Source of the DNA: Collinsella sp.
GTDB lineage: Bacteria; Actinomycetota; Coriobacteriia; Coriobacteriales; Coriobacteriaceae
Length of the DNA stretch: 64,000 nt
Assembly (NCBI GenBank): GCA_036426035.1
Contig: JAXJPE010000067.1
Location: 11,726-75,725 of the forward strand
Direction: 5' to 3'
Below, piece after piece: positions 18,889-29,396 of this stretch. The notes beneath the pieces are model-generated. The model saw only the letters and a program-made list of their open reading frames with translations, did no database searches and was not told the DNA's origin. The number at the start of each line of letters is the position of its first letter. The stretch's first letter is position 1. The translations under genes and the position numbers were made by a program.

Positions 18889-21666
18889 CTACCCGCGGTG
18901 ACGGGCGCGGCTGTACGGCGTATCCACCATGGGCAGATCCGGGCGCAGCTTGCCGTCAAATGCGCGGTAGGCGTTCTGTACGGCGGGCGCCGTGGGGATC
19001 GTTGCGATCTCGCCGATGCCCTTGCCGCCGTATGCCACAGGCAGCAGCTCGTCCTTCTCAACGTAGATGGCGTGGATATCCGGAATCTCGGGCGCACGGA
19101 ACAGCCCGAGCGTACCGTACCTTGCCTGGGGCACGCAGTCCTTGAGCGGCCAGTCCTCGGTCAGTGCATAACCCATACCCATGAGCACGCCGCCTTCGAT
19201 CTGACCCTGGATGGAGATGGGATTGACCACCTTGCCGGAATCGTGCGCAGCATAGACCTCGCTCACGCGGCCGTCATCATCCAGAATGACCACATGCGTG
19301 GCAAAGCCGTAGCAGATGTGGCTCTTGGGGTTGGGAACGTCGGCGCCCAGCTTGTCGGTCGGCTCCAGGTACACGTAGCCAAACTCGCAGCCCTCGAGCG
19401 CCTTGATGGCGGCAGCGGGATCTTGAGGATGCATACCCTGGCCGGCGACGAGTTCCTGTGTGTGCAGCTGATAGGCGCGACCGTCGTCGTACTCGATCTT
19501 GACGCCGTCGCCATGCGCGCTCACGGGAGCATCGGGCGCAGGCTTGCCAGCCTCGATGCCAACCATAGCATCGCGCAGCAGGAAGGCGGCACCGCGCACG
19601 GCCTCGCCGGTCACGACCGTCTGACGCGAGCCAGACGTGGTACCGGAGTCGGGGGCGTTCTCGGTAGAGCACTCGCCGTTGGCGATGCAGCGAAGCGGCA
19701 AGCCACATGCCTCGGCAACGTCCTGCAAAAAGACGGTATTGCAACCCTGGCCGATGTCGGACGTGGCGGCATAGACCGTAGCCACGCCGTTCTCGACGCG
19801 AATCTTGCAGCGGCCGGCATCGGGCAGACCCACGCCCACGCCGGCGTTCTTCATGGCGCAGGCGATACCGGCGTGTCCGGGATGCGCGTAGTAGGCATCC
19901 TTGACCTCGAGCAGCGTCTCCTTAAGCGCCGTGGAGCAATCGGCAATCTGGCCGTTGGGCAAAACCTCGCCCGGCTCGATAGCGTTACGGTAGCGGATCT
20001 CCCACGGATCCAGGCCGACCTTCTCGGCCAGCAGGTCGATCAGGCTCTCGAGCGCAAACTCGGACTGGCACACGCCAAAGCCGCGGTACGCGCCGGCGGG
20101 CGGGTTGTTGGTGTAGTAGCCAAAACCGCGAATGTCGGTGTTCTGGTACTTGTAGGGGCCGACGGCATGCGTGCAGGCGCGCTCGAGCACCGGGCCGCAC
20201 AGCGACGCGTAGGCGCCGGTATCAAAGTTAATCTCGCAATCCAGGCCGGTAAAGTTGCCCTCGGCGTCGCAACCCAGCGTAAAGGTGCCGTCCATGGCAT
20301 GACGCTTGGGATGGAAGGCAAGCGACTCGGCACGCGTGAGCTTGCACTTCACGGGACGCTGGAACTTATACGCGGCGAGCGCAGCCAGGTGCTGGATTGA
20401 CACGTCTTCCTTGCCGCCAAAGCCGCCACCCACGAGCATGGTCTCGACGACCACGCGCTCGGGCTCGTTGTCCCAGCCAAACATGTGGGCGCACTCTTTG
20501 CGCGTATCGTAGGCGCCCTGGTCGGTCGACTGCACCTTGACGCCGTTCTTGTACGGGAAGGCGACGGCGCACTCGGGCTCCAAGAAGGCATGCTCAGTAA
20601 AGGGCGTGGTAAAGCGCTGCGTCACGGTGAACGCGCTCTCCGCCAGCGCCTTGGCGGCGTCGCCACGCGTCACGTGACGGCTCTGGCATACATTGTCCTT
20701 GAGCTCCACCGTGTTGCCAAAGGCAAAGAAGCTGTCGTGCAGGCGCGGCGCGTCGGCAGCCCTGGCTTCGACAATGTTACGCACAGGCTCCAGCGGCTCG
20801 TAATCGATCTTTACGAGCTTCTTGGCCTTCTCGAGCGTCGCCTCGTCCTCGGCAACCACCAGCACGATGGCGTCACCCACGCAGCGGGTGATATCGCCCT
20901 GGGCGATCATGACGTCCCAGTCCTGGATAAGGTGGCCGACCTGGTTGACCGGCACGTCCTCGGCGCGCAGGATGCCCACCACGCCGGGCAGGGCCTCAGC
21001 CTTGGAGGTATCGATGGAGAGCACGCGGGCGCGCGGATACTTGGAGCGCACGGCGCTAGCATAGGTCAGGCCCGGCTGATCGAGCTCGTCGATGTCGTCG
21101 GGATACTTGCCCTCGCCGAGCACCTTCTTGCGCACGTCGATACGGAAGGCGCGCTTACCCACGCCGTAGTCGTCGCCGCGCTCCAGGTCCTCATCAATCT
21201 GCTTTTCGCCGCGGAGCACCGCTGCGGCCAGCGAGATGCCCTCGATAATCTTTTTGTAGCCGGTGCAACGGCAGACGTTGCCGCGGATGGCGTACTTGAT
21301 CTGCTCCTCGGTAGGCTCGGGATCCTCGGCGATAAGCGCTGCACCCGCCATGACCATGCCGGGGATGCAAAAGCCGCACTGCACGGCGCCCACGGCGCCA
21401 AAGGCGTACACAAAGGCCTCGCGCACGTCCTCGGGCAGGCCCTCGACGGTCACGATGTTGCGGCCGGCGGCAAGTGCGGTGGTCAGCACGCAGGCCTTGA
21501 CGGCCGCACCGTCCACATGGATGGTGCAGGTACCGCAGGCGCCCTCGGAGCAGCCATCCTTGGCGGAGTGAATGCGCAGGTCGTCGCGCAGGTAGCGGAG
21601 CAGCGGCTTGTTCTGAGTCGTCGTGCGCTCGACGCCGTTAACGGTAAAAGTGAATTCCTGTGCCAT
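18889..21666 (-). CDS. xdh: Selenium-dependent xanthine dehydrogenase-family molybdenum hydroxylase (2x[2Fe-2S] + Mo-binding domains fused)
   Basis: GCSEGACGTC, QCGFCIPG, NVCRCTGY, GGGFGGKE, AYRGFG, GQIEGG, KGIGE. Confidence 0.92.
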   Translation of the reverse strand: MAQEFTFTVNGVERTTTQNKPLLRYLRDDLRIHSAKDGCSEGACGTCTIHVDGAAVKACVLTTALAAGRNIVTVEGLPEDVREAFVYAFGAVGAVQCGFCIPGMVMAGAALIAEDPEPTEEQIKYAIRGNVCRCTGYKKIIEGISLAAAVLRGEKQIDEDLERGDDYGVGKRAFRIDVRKKVLGEGKYPDDIDELDQPGLTYASAVRSKYPRARVLSIDTSKAEALPGVVGILRAEDVPVNQVGHLIQDWDVMIAQGDITRCVGDAIVLVVAEDEATLEKAKKLVKIDYEPLEPVRNIVEARAADAPRLHDSFFAFGNTVELKDNVCQSRHVTRGDAAKALAESAFTVTQRFTTPFTEHAFLEPECAVAFPYKNGVKVQSTDQGAYDTRKECAHMFGWDNEPERVVVETMLVGGGFGGKEDVSIQHLAALAAYKFQRPVKCKLTRAESLAFHPKRHAMDGTFTLGCDAEGNFTGLDCEINFDTGAYASLCGPVLERACTHAVGPYKYQNTDIRGFGYYTNNPPAGAYRGFGVCQSEFALESLIDLLAEKVGLDPWEIRYRNAIEPGEVLPNGQIADCSTALKETLLEVKDAYYAHPGHAGIACAMKNAGVGVGLPDAGRCKIRVENGVATVYAATSDIGQGCNTVFLQDVAEACGLPLRCIANGECSTENAPDSGTTSGSRQTVVTGEAVRGAAFLLRDAMVGIEAGKPAPDAPVSAHGDGVKIEYDDGRAYQLHTQELVAGQGMHPQDPAAAIKALEGCEFGYVYLEPTDKLGADVPNPKSHICYGFATHVVILDDDGRVSEVYAAHDSGKVVNPISIQGQIEGGVLMGMGYALTEDWPLKDCVPQARYGTLGLFRAPEIPDIHAIYVEKDELLPVAYGGKGIGEIATIPTAPAVQNAYRAFDGKLRPDLPMVDTPYSRARHRG

Positions 21667-21678
21667 GGTGATTCCCTT

Positions 21679-22158
21679 CTACACGCCGGCGGCGATGCCG
21701 GTGCGGTCGTGAATGGCGCCATGCGGGCACACGACGGCGCACATACCACACGACAGGCAGTCGGCGCCGTCGATGTGGGCGCAGTTGTCCTCGATGCGGA
21801 TTGCGCCGGCAGGGCACTTTTTGGCGCACATGCCGCAGCCGATGCAGCTCGTGTCGCAGATCTTGCGCGCAATGGCGCCCTTATCGGTGTTGTTGCAGCG
21901 CACCAGGATGTTCTGGTAGCCGGGAACGAAGGCAATCACGCGCTGCGGACACGCCATGCCGCACAGGCCGCAGCCCGTGCACTTTGAGCGGTCCACGCGG
22001 GCGATGCCATCGACCAGCGCAATGGCGCCGTGGGGGCAGGCCGTGACGCAGGCGCCACAGCCAATGCAGCCTTCGCTGCAGCGGGCGTCGCCGCCTGCGG
22101 AGGCGCAACCGCTTCCGCAGGCAACGTAGGCCACGTTATGTTGAATGGATTTGGCCAT
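21679..22158 (-). CDS. Polyferredoxin (RnfB C-terminal-like, four CxxCxxCxxxCP motifs)
   Basis: CIGCGACVTACP, CTGCGLCGMACP, CIGCGMCAKKCP, CLSCGMCAVVCP. Confidence 0.88.
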   Translation of the reverse strand: MAKSIQHNVAYVACGSGCASAGGDARCSEGCIGCGACVTACPHGAIALVDGIARVDRSKCTGCGLCGMACPQRVIAFVPGYQNILVRCNNTDKGAIARKICDTSCIGCGMCAKKCPAGAIRIEDNCAHIDGADCLSCGMCAVVCPHGAIHDRTGIAAGV

Positions 22159-22169
22159 AAGAGACTCGC

Positions 22170-25169
22170 CTATTTCTTAAGAAGGTACGAATAGTTGTCG
22201 CGCACGGCCCTGATGGTCAGGCGGACGGCCTCGGGAAGGCCGGTGTTGACAGCATCGACCGAGACGGTGCGGACCGTGCCGGCGACGCGAACCTTAAAGT
22301 GGTCCTCGTCCACGGCCAGGAAGCCCTCGTTCTCGGAGTTCTCCATGTCCTCCTCGCTCCAGAACAGGGTGAGCTTGTCCTTGTAGGGACGACCCTCCTG
22401 GTAGGGGCAGAACACGGCGCAGTTGCCGCACTCGTTGCACATGCCATCGACGTGGACGACCTGATGCTTGGCCAGACCCGGCACCTTAATGGCCACGTTG
22501 GCGCGGTTGGGGCACACGTCGCAGCAGACCTCGCACACCGAGCCGCAGCCCAGGCAACGGGTCTTGGTGCAGTTGCGCTTGTCGCGGCACAGCGACCCCT
22601 TGCGCTCGTAGCAGGTGTTCTCGCGGCCGGCCTGCTCGTTGCAGTCGGCGTACTTGTTAAAGTCCACGCCGGCGATGGCACGGGCGACCTCGGCGGCGTC
22701 GGCAATAGCCTCGACCACGGTGGCCGGACCGCGACGGCAATCGCCTGCAGCCCAGACGCCCTCGACGCCGGTGGAGGTGGCGGCAAGGCGGCCGCGACGG
22801 TCGTGCTCGACGCCCGCGGCATCGTACAGGCTGGCGTCGATGCCCTCGCCCACGGCGCAAATCACCGTGGTGGCGGGAAGCTCAACAGTCTCGCCCGTGG
22901 CGACAGGGCTGCGACGGCCGCTTGCATCCGGCTCGCCAAGCTCCATAACGTCGCAGGTCAGCACGGCGCCGTTGAGTGCCTTGGGAGCCAGCAGCTCGCA
23001 GAACTCAACGCCGTCGGCAAGAGCAAGATCAAGCTCTTCCTCGTCGGCGGGCATCTGCTTCTTGGTGCGGCGATACGCCAGGCGCACGTTCTTCACACCA
23101 GCCAGGCGCTTGGCCACGCGGGCAGCATCCATGGCGGTGTTGCCGGCGCCGATGACCACGACGTCCTCGCCCAGCTCGAGCTTCTCGCCCTTCTTGGCGG
23201 CCTCGAGGAACTCCAGCACATCGAGCTCGGCACCCTCGCCCAGGCCCGCAGAGCCGGGCATCCAGGCACCGGTGGCCACGACCACGTCGGTAAAGCCCTG
23301 GGCCTTGAGCTCGTCGATGGACTCCACGCGGGCGTTGAGCTGAACCTTGGCGCCAAAGGCCAGGCAGAGCTCGGCATCGTGCGAGATATCGTCGCTCGCG
23401 ATACGGAACTCGGGGATCACGTGACGGACCACGCCGCCGAGCGAATCGCGGGCCTCGAAGATGGTTACGGGCACGCCGGCGCGCGTCAGGAAGAACGCCG
23501 TTGCCAGACCGGCCGGGCCGCCGCCGATAACGGCAACGTTGCGCTCGCCGTCGTTGGCGATGGCCTGGGCGCGCAGCTTGGGCAGCACGGCGGTCATGGC
23601 CTCGCGGGCGGCCTTGAGCTTGCTGGCGCGGATCTGGGCGCCCTCGGGCTCGTAAAACGCACGCTCGCAGGCGCGGCCGCAGGGATGCGGGCAGATGGTG
23701 CCGGTGATAAACGGCAGGGCGTTGCGCTCGATGATGATGTTGAGTGCGTCCTCGAAGCGGCCCTCGTCAACGGCCGCCAGGTAGGCGGGAATATCCTGCT
23801 GGATGGGGCAGCTCGTGCGGCACGGCGTGGTAAAGCAGTCGGAAAGCGGGCTCTTGCCGGCGACCTTGCGGTCGGGCAGCGGGCGCAGCGGCTTCTTGTA
23901 GAGCGGGTTGGTGAGCGAGTCGGTCTGGATCGCCGTCACGGCCTCGAGCGAAACGCCCGCGAACGGCTTGCCGTCCAGGTCGGTAAACTCGCCGGCCATC
24001 TGGCTAAAGCGCTCGTAGCCACCGGGCTTGAGCACGTCAGTCGCCAGGGTAACGGGCCAAATGCCGGCATCGTACAGGGCACGGATGTTGTAGACCGTGG
24101 CACCGCCGGAGTAGCTGATGCGCAGCTTGCCATCGAACTGCTCGGTAATGCGGCGGGCAGCCTCGATGGTCAGCGAGAACAGCGAACGGCCCGACATGTA
24201 CATCTCGGTAGAGGGCAGCTCGTTCCTCGTCACGTCGACGGGGAAGGTGTTGGTGAGCTTGACGCCAAACTCCAGGCCGCGCTCGGCACACAGGGCAATC
24301 AGGCGCTCGAACATAGGCACGGCATCGACCCACTGCAGGTCCTCGCGGAAGTGCGTATCGTCGAAGACGATGTAATCAAAGCCCAGCTCGTTCAGACGCT
24401 GGCGGGCAAACTCATAGCCCAGCAGCGTGGGATTGCACTTGATGTAGGTGTTGAGACCCTTCTCGGTGATGAGGTAGGTCGCGATGCGCTCGATCTCCGC
24501 CGGCGGGCAGCCGTGCAGGGTGGACTCGGTGATGGAGTTGGAGACGCGCGCCGGGATGGACTCGACAAACGCGGCGTCGACATGCTCAAACTTGTCCAGG
24601 TTGGCAAGCGCCCATGCGCGGCACTCGTTCCAGACGTCGGAGCCGCTGGCATCCTTCATGCCCTCGATGTAGGCGTCGACCTTGGGGCTCTTAATACCCT
24701 CAAGGTCATAGCCCACGGACATGTTAAAGACAAAACCGTCCGGGCTGCCCAGACCGTACTCGCGAGCGATCAGGTGGCAGGCAAACCATGCCTTCACGTA
24801 CTCGGCAAAGGCCTGCGGAACCTCGAGCTCGGTCGACCACTCGCAGTTGTAGCACTCGTCCTGCGCCACGATGCAGGGCTTGTTCACACACTTGGAGAGC
24901 TCCTCGCCGTCCATAACCTGAACGGTCTTGAGCTCAAAGAAGCGGGAACCGGCAACGTAGGATGCCACGATGTTTTGGGCAAGCTGCGTATTGGGGCCAG
25001 CGGCCGGGCCAAACGGAGTCTCGATGCGCTCGTCAAAAATGGGAAGCGCGCCCTCCTGGTTGGTCGTGACCATCTTGCGCACGCCAAAGATGGCGTCCTG
25101 GGTCTTGTGCTCCTCGATGATCCAGTTCATCAGCTGCGAAAACGGGATCGGCCTCATGATGTCGCTCAT
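22170..25169 (-). CDS. ygfK: YgfK-family Fe-S flavoprotein oxidoreductase
   Basis: MSDIMRP, GPAAGPNTQLAQNI, ECYNCEWSTEL, GGGPAGL, GAGNTAMD, CNECGNC. Confidence 0.93.
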   Translation of the reverse strand: MSDIMRPIPFSQLMNWIIEEHKTQDAIFGVRKMVTTNQEGALPIFDERIETPFGPAAGPNTQLAQNIVASYVAGSRFFELKTVQVMDGEELSKCVNKPCIVAQDECYNCEWSTELEVPQAFAEYVKAWFACHLIAREYGLGSPDGFVFNMSVGYDLEGIKSPKVDAYIEGMKDASGSDVWNECRAWALANLDKFEHVDAAFVESIPARVSNSITESTLHGCPPAEIERIATYLITEKGLNTYIKCNPTLLGYEFARQRLNELGFDYIVFDDTHFREDLQWVDAVPMFERLIALCAERGLEFGVKLTNTFPVDVTRNELPSTEMYMSGRSLFSLTIEAARRITEQFDGKLRISYSGGATVYNIRALYDAGIWPVTLATDVLKPGGYERFSQMAGEFTDLDGKPFAGVSLEAVTAIQTDSLTNPLYKKPLRPLPDRKVAGKSPLSDCFTTPCRTSCPIQQDIPAYLAAVDEGRFEDALNIIIERNALPFITGTICPHPCGRACERAFYEPEGAQIRASKLKAAREAMTAVLPKLRAQAIANDGERNVAVIGGGPAGLATAFFLTRAGVPVTIFEARDSLGGVVRHVIPEFRIASDDISHDAELCLAFGAKVQLNARVESIDELKAQGFTDVVVATGAWMPGSAGLGEGAELDVLEFLEAAKKGEKLELGEDVVVIGAGNTAMDAARVAKRLAGVKNVRLAYRRTKKQMPADEEELDLALADGVEFCELLAPKALNGAVLTCDVMELGEPDASGRRSPVATGETVELPATTVICAVGEGIDASLYDAAGVEHDRRGRLAATSTGVEGVWAAGDCRRGPATVVEAIADAAEVARAIAGVDFNKYADCNEQAGRENTCYERKGSLCRDKRNCTKTRCLGCGSVCEVCCDVCPNRANVAIKVPGLAKHQVVHVDGMCNECGNCAVFCPYQEGRPYKDKLTLFWSEEDMENSENEGFLAVDEDHFKVRVAGTVRTVSVDAVNTGLPEAVRLTIRAVRDNYSYLLKK

Positions 25170-25318
25170 AATGAGCTCCTCTCTGTAACGCCCGGCGAGA
25201 CCGCGCGGCGGGCGCAAATACGGTGTAGCGCTAGCACAGCGCCGGCGACCCCGCGGAGGTCGCCTATACGCGCGTCGGATGCGGCGAAACATCCGACGCG
25301 CGTGAATCTACTTGTGAA

Positions 25319-26674
25319 TTAGTAGGTGCGATCGTTGAGCGTGCTCCAGAGCTTCTTGGACTCAGCCATGGTCCACGCGTTGATCTTTTCCTCGTCAATG
25401 CCAACGAACTCGCGATCCTTGTACAGGACGCGGCCGTTGATGATGGTGGTACGGCAGTTTTTGCCCATCATGCCAAAGAGCATGTGGCCGTCGATATTCT
25501 CCTCGCTCAGCGGCGTAAAGGGCTTGTAGTCCATAACGATGACGTCGGCAGCAGCGCCGGCCTCGAGCACGCCGAGCTTGCGATCGAAGTACTTGCTGGC
25601 CATCTTGGCGTTGTTCTCGAACAGCATGGTCATGGCCTCGCACCAGCCCACGTTGGGCATGGCGGCGTTGTGACGTTGAATGATCAGGAAGACCTTGAGG
25701 CTCTCGAGCATGTCGTGGGTGTAGGCGTCGGTGCCCATGCACACGGGGATGCCGCGGCGGAAGAACTCGAGCACGGGGGCGCAGCCCACGGCGTTGCCCA
25801 TATTGGATTCGGGGTTGTTGACCAGCCAGGTGCCGGACTCCTTGACGATATCCATCTCGGCGGGCGTCACGTGGATGCAGTGGCCGAGCATGGTGTCGGG
25901 ACCGAGCAGGTTGTGCTGCAGCAGGCGCTCGACGGGGCTGATACCGCCGCGGTTGAGGCGGGAATCCCACACATCGTTCATGCCCTCGCACACGTGGATG
26001 TGGAAGCCGGTCAGGCCGTTGTTGGCCTCGGCCATCTTGTCCATGGTCTCGTCCGACAGCGTAAAGGTGGCGTGACCGCCAAACATGGCGGCGATCATGT
26101 GGTTGTCGTTTTCGCGACGCTCCTTGGCGGCCCACTGAGCAAATTCGGCGTTCTCGGCAATGGCCTGGTCGCATTTTTCCTGGCCGCGGCGATCGGAGAC
26201 CTCGTAGCACAGGCACGAACGCATGCCCAGCTCCTGCGCGGCGTCCTTAATGGTAAAGAGGCTGCCCGGGATCTCGCAGAAGCTCGCGTGGTGATCGAAG
26301 ATCGTGGTAACGCCGTCGCGGATGGAATCCAGAATCGTGGCGTAGGCGCTGGCCTTGGTGCCGTCGAGCGTCAGGTTGTCGTCGATCTTCCACCACTGCT
26401 GCTCAAGATTCTCCAGGAAGTTGGTGGGGTTGCAGCCCTTAATGGCAAGGCCGCGGGCCAGACCCGAGTAGATGTGGGTGTGGCAGTTGATGAGTCCGGG
26501 CATGATGAGGTTGCCCCGGGCGTCGACGTACTCGGCATCCGGGTACTTGGCCTTGAGCTCGCACTCGGGGCCCACTTCGACGATCGTATCTCCGTCAATG
26601 GCGACCGCACCGTTGGGGATGAACGGGGCCTGAGCGTTGCGGGTAAAGACGGAACCGTTAGCGACCAGAAGCAT
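25319..26674 (-). CDS. ssnA: SsnA-family aminohydrolase
   Basis: PGLINCHTHIYS, GVTTIFDHHAS, HIHVCEG, NPESNMGNAVG, GTDAYTHDM. Confidence 0.93.
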   Translation of the reverse strand: MLLVANGSVFTRNAQAPFIPNGAVAIDGDTIVEVGPECELKAKYPDAEYVDARGNLIMPGLINCHTHIYSGLARGLAIKGCNPTNFLENLEQQWWKIDDNLTLDGTKASAYATILDSIRDGVTTIFDHHASFCEIPGSLFTIKDAAQELGMRSCLCYEVSDRRGQEKCDQAIAENAEFAQWAAKERRENDNHMIAAMFGGHATFTLSDETMDKMAEANNGLTGFHIHVCEGMNDVWDSRLNRGGISPVERLLQHNLLGPDTMLGHCIHVTPAEMDIVKESGTWLVNNPESNMGNAVGCAPVLEFFRRGIPVCMGTDAYTHDMLESLKVFLIIQRHNAAMPNVGWCEAMTMLFENNAKMASKYFDRKLGVLEAGAAADVIVMDYKPFTPLSEENIDGHMLFGMMGKNCRTTIINGRVLYKDREFVGIDEEKINAWTMAESKKLWSTLNDRTY

Positions 26675-26869
26675 GGATGCTCCCTTCGACATCAGAGGCG
26701 GGGTTTGACACCTCTGACATGGCGGAGTGCGAAGCGCCGGCCTACACCGGAAACGGGCCCTCTCCCGCCAACGCTTCACCAAAGGGACAAACCCTTTGAA
26801 GTGCGGCTTGGCGCCGCATGACGTCGGCGGACGAGGCGATGCGTCCGCCGACGAATAGCACCGAATTGG

Positions 26870-28264
26870 TTACTTCTTGCTCTCGGGCAAGACCAGATCC
26901 ACGGCAGCGTCCTTGGCGGCATCGATGTGTTGAGCCACGACCGGCGTCTGCGGAAGAATCAGGTTAAGGACAATGGCCATGATGGCGGTGGGGGTTACGG
27001 CATTGGAGCCGATGACGGTGGACACCCAGGCGGGCATGCCCTCGCCGGCAAGGCAACCGCTGGCCATCCAGATACCCAGGCCAAAGACGACGGAGGTACC
27101 GACGATGGTGGTGGTGCGCTGCGTGAGGCCCTCGCGGGTGAACATGCGCACGCCGTTCATGGTGATGGTGCCAAAGACGCCGACGGTCGCGCCGCCGATG
27201 ACGGGCTGCGGGATAGCGGAAAGGACGGCAGAGAGCTGCGGGAACAGACCGGCGATGGCAAAGACGGCCGCGATGATCACAAAGACCCACTTGTTGACGA
27301 CCTTGTTGGAGCAGATGATGCCCACGTTCTGGCCAAGGGCGCTGGTGGGAAGACCGCCCAGCAGGCCGCCGACCATAGAGGTGAGACCCTGGGACACGAT
27401 AGCGCCGGAGAGCTCGCGCTCGGTGGGCATACGGTCGATGGAGCCCAGGCAGGCGGCGGAGACGTCACCGATAACCTGGATGGCAACCATGGGGAACACG
27501 ACGGCGAGGGTAATGCAGACCTCGGGATCAAACTCGAGCGCATAGGGCATGAGCTTGGGAAGGGCGAAGACCTGAGCGGTGGCAACGCTGGAGAAGTCGA
27601 TCATGCCAAAGGGAATCGAAACGATCATGCCAACGATCATGCCAAAGAACACGGATCCCAGCTTGAGCGTGCCCTTGCCAAAGTTGGCGAGCGCAAAGAC
27701 CACGGCGAAGGTGATAAGAGCGACGCACCAGGCCTGCGGAGTGCCCCACAGCGGCGTGCCCATGCCACCGGCCATGTACTTGACGGCCGTGGGATAGAGA
27801 GAGACGCCAATGGAGAAGATGACCGTACCGGTCACGACGGGCGGGAACAGCCACTTAATCTTGCTGTAAGCCAGACCAAAGAGGACCGCGACGGCGCCGC
27901 CGACGATCTCGCCGCCCAGCAGCGCACCAAAGCTAAAGCCCGAGGCACCCATGGCCTGGAGGGCCGGGAGGAACGCGAACGAAACGCCCATGACGATGGG
28001 CAGGCCGCCGCCGATGCGACGGAAGGGAGCGAAGGCCTGAAGGGCCGTGTCGATTGCCGAAAGAATGAGCGCGACCTGGATGATGTCGGTGCTCTGCTGG
28101 CTATTAAAGCCGTAGACGCCGGCCATGATGACCGCCGGGGTAATGATGCCGGCAAACGATGCCAGCACGTGCTGAAGGGCACACGGGATCATTTCCTTAA
28201 CGGGAGGCATGCCTTCACGAGTGAACAGGGCTTCAGTGCCGTTCGTAACCGTCTCCTGGGTCAT
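26870..28264 (-). CDS. NCS2 (xanthine/uracil/urate) permease
   Basis: ALQHVLA, LPIVMGVSF, FPPVVTG, QNVGI signature, multiple TM helices. Confidence 0.92.
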   Translation of the reverse strand: MTQETVTNGTEALFTREGMPPVKEMIPCALQHVLASFAGIITPAVIMAGVYGFNSQQSTDIIQVALILSAIDTALQAFAPFRRIGGGLPIVMGVSFAFLPALQAMGASGFSFGALLGGEIVGGAVAVLFGLAYSKIKWLFPPVVTGTVIFSIGVSLYPTAVKYMAGGMGTPLWGTPQAWCVALITFAVVFALANFGKGTLKLGSVFFGMIVGMIVSIPFGMIDFSSVATAQVFALPKLMPYALEFDPEVCITLAVVFPMVAIQVIGDVSAACLGSIDRMPTERELSGAIVSQGLTSMVGGLLGGLPTSALGQNVGIICSNKVVNKWVFVIIAAVFAIAGLFPQLSAVLSAIPQPVIGGATVGVFGTITMNGVRMFTREGLTQRTTTIVGTSVVFGLGIWMASGCLAGEGMPAWVSTVIGSNAVTPTAIMAIVLNLILPQTPVVAQHIDAAKDAAVDLVLPESKK

Positions 28265-28616
28265 TTGACCACCAATCCTCGAAATAGTTGTTTTCGCATC
28301 TAACGCTCTATTGTGACGCAGTGCGGGGTTGAGGTTGTGCCTTCGTTGCATATCGTATTAAAGATGATTCTCATTCTCAATAATAATTTTTTGTTATCAG
28401 ACTATTCTTGAGCTGAGACAATGCATTTCCGCAGGTCAGGAAATTGTCTGGTCAAAATAACATCTAACTTTTCTTTTGGTCGACCGTTTACCGCCAAATT
28501 CCTACCGCTCGTCTGTATTACGCAATGTACCTGCGAATATACGAGATGACGAACAGCGTGTTACCATGAGAAAAAATTGTTATGAACATTTCCGATTTCA
28601 CCCCAAGGAGTTGCCC

Positions 28617-29273
28617 GTGAACGAGACCGTACGTCGCTTTTTGCCGATGGTCGATTTCCTGGAGCAGATACTCGGCAAAAACAGCGAAATCGTGCTGCAC
28701 GATTTCTCGGATCCCGACCATGCCATCGTCGATATTCGCAACGGCATCGTGAGCGGCCGTAAGGTCGGCGGTCCCGCCACCGATCTGGCACTCAAGATCA
28801 TGCACGATGCCAAGTATCGCGACCTGCCGTTTATTACGGGCTACGAGGGGCGCGGTGCCGGTGGCAAGACGTTGGCGTCCGCGACGTTCTTTATCCGCGA
28901 GAATGGCGAGATCGTCGGTATGCTCTGCGTCAACACCGACCTCTCGACCGTGCGCTCCATCAACGCCATGGCGCAGCAGCTCATGGCCTGCTTCGACGCG
29001 GCGCCGACGCGCACGGAGCCCGCGTCTATCGAGGTCGAAAGTCTTTCGGAGTCCACACAGGAGCTCATCGACCGCAGCATTGCCGAGTTGCTGAGCACGC
29101 GCGGGCTGGATGTGGCGTCGCTTGGTCAGAGCGACCGCGTGGACGTCATTCGCCATCTCAACGGCAACGGGGTGTTCATGCTCAAGGGCGCCGTGGCCTG
29201 CGCCGCCACCGCGCTGGGCATCTCGGAGCCCAGCGTCTACCGCTACCTGCAAAAAGTTCGCAAGGAAGGCTAA
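28617..29273 (+). CDS. YheO-family PAS + HTH transcriptional regulator (second paralog)
   Basis: EIVLHDF, NGIVSGRKVGGPATD, GVFMLKGAV..ISEPSVYRYL; GTG after AAGGAG. Confidence 0.9.
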   Translation: MNETVRRFLPMVDFLEQILGKNSEIVLHDFSDPDHAIVDIRNGIVSGRKVGGPATDLALKIMHDAKYRDLPFITGYEGRGAGGKTLASATFFIRENGEIVGMLCVNTDLSTVRSINAMAQQLMACFDAAPTRTEPASIEVESLSESTQELIDRSIAELLSTRGLDVASLGQSDRVDVIRHLNGNGVFMLKGAVACAATALGISEPSVYRYLQKVRKEG

Positions 29274-29328
29274 CCCGCTGATTCCTTGGGAGCGGAGGAA
29301 AACGGATCATTTTGCCGCATCGCCTGAC

Positions 29329-29367
29329 AAAAGACCCTGCAGTTCACACGCGCTGCAGGGTCTTTTT
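29329..29367. terminator. Bidirectional intrinsic terminator
   Basis: aaaagaccctgcag...ctgcagggtcttttt between convergent genes. Confidence 0.8.
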
Positions 29368-29396
29368 GCATGTCATGTTTAGTTGTTGCCAACGCC

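Noticed and set aside
18236..19097. ORFs spanning the repeat arrays (e.g. 18345-19097, 18480-18869, 16626-16925)
   Set aside because: They are translations of repeat DNA with no RBS or recognisable domain.
18889..25169. Selenocysteine recoding in xdh or ygfK
   Set aside because: Both ORFs are open with no in-frame TGA; yqeB/yqeC point to a labile selenium cofactor instead.
22299..25322. Very long plus-strand ORFs opposite real genes (also 5695-7749, 48978-50903, 55868-58255)
   Set aside because: Antisense shadows typical of high-GC codon bias; the opposite strand encodes well-recognised proteins.
25270..26853. Strong GC hairpins in the ssnA-ygfK and permease-ssnA spacers as riboswitches
   Set aside because: No aptamer signature recognised; more simply mRNA-stabilising or processing stems.
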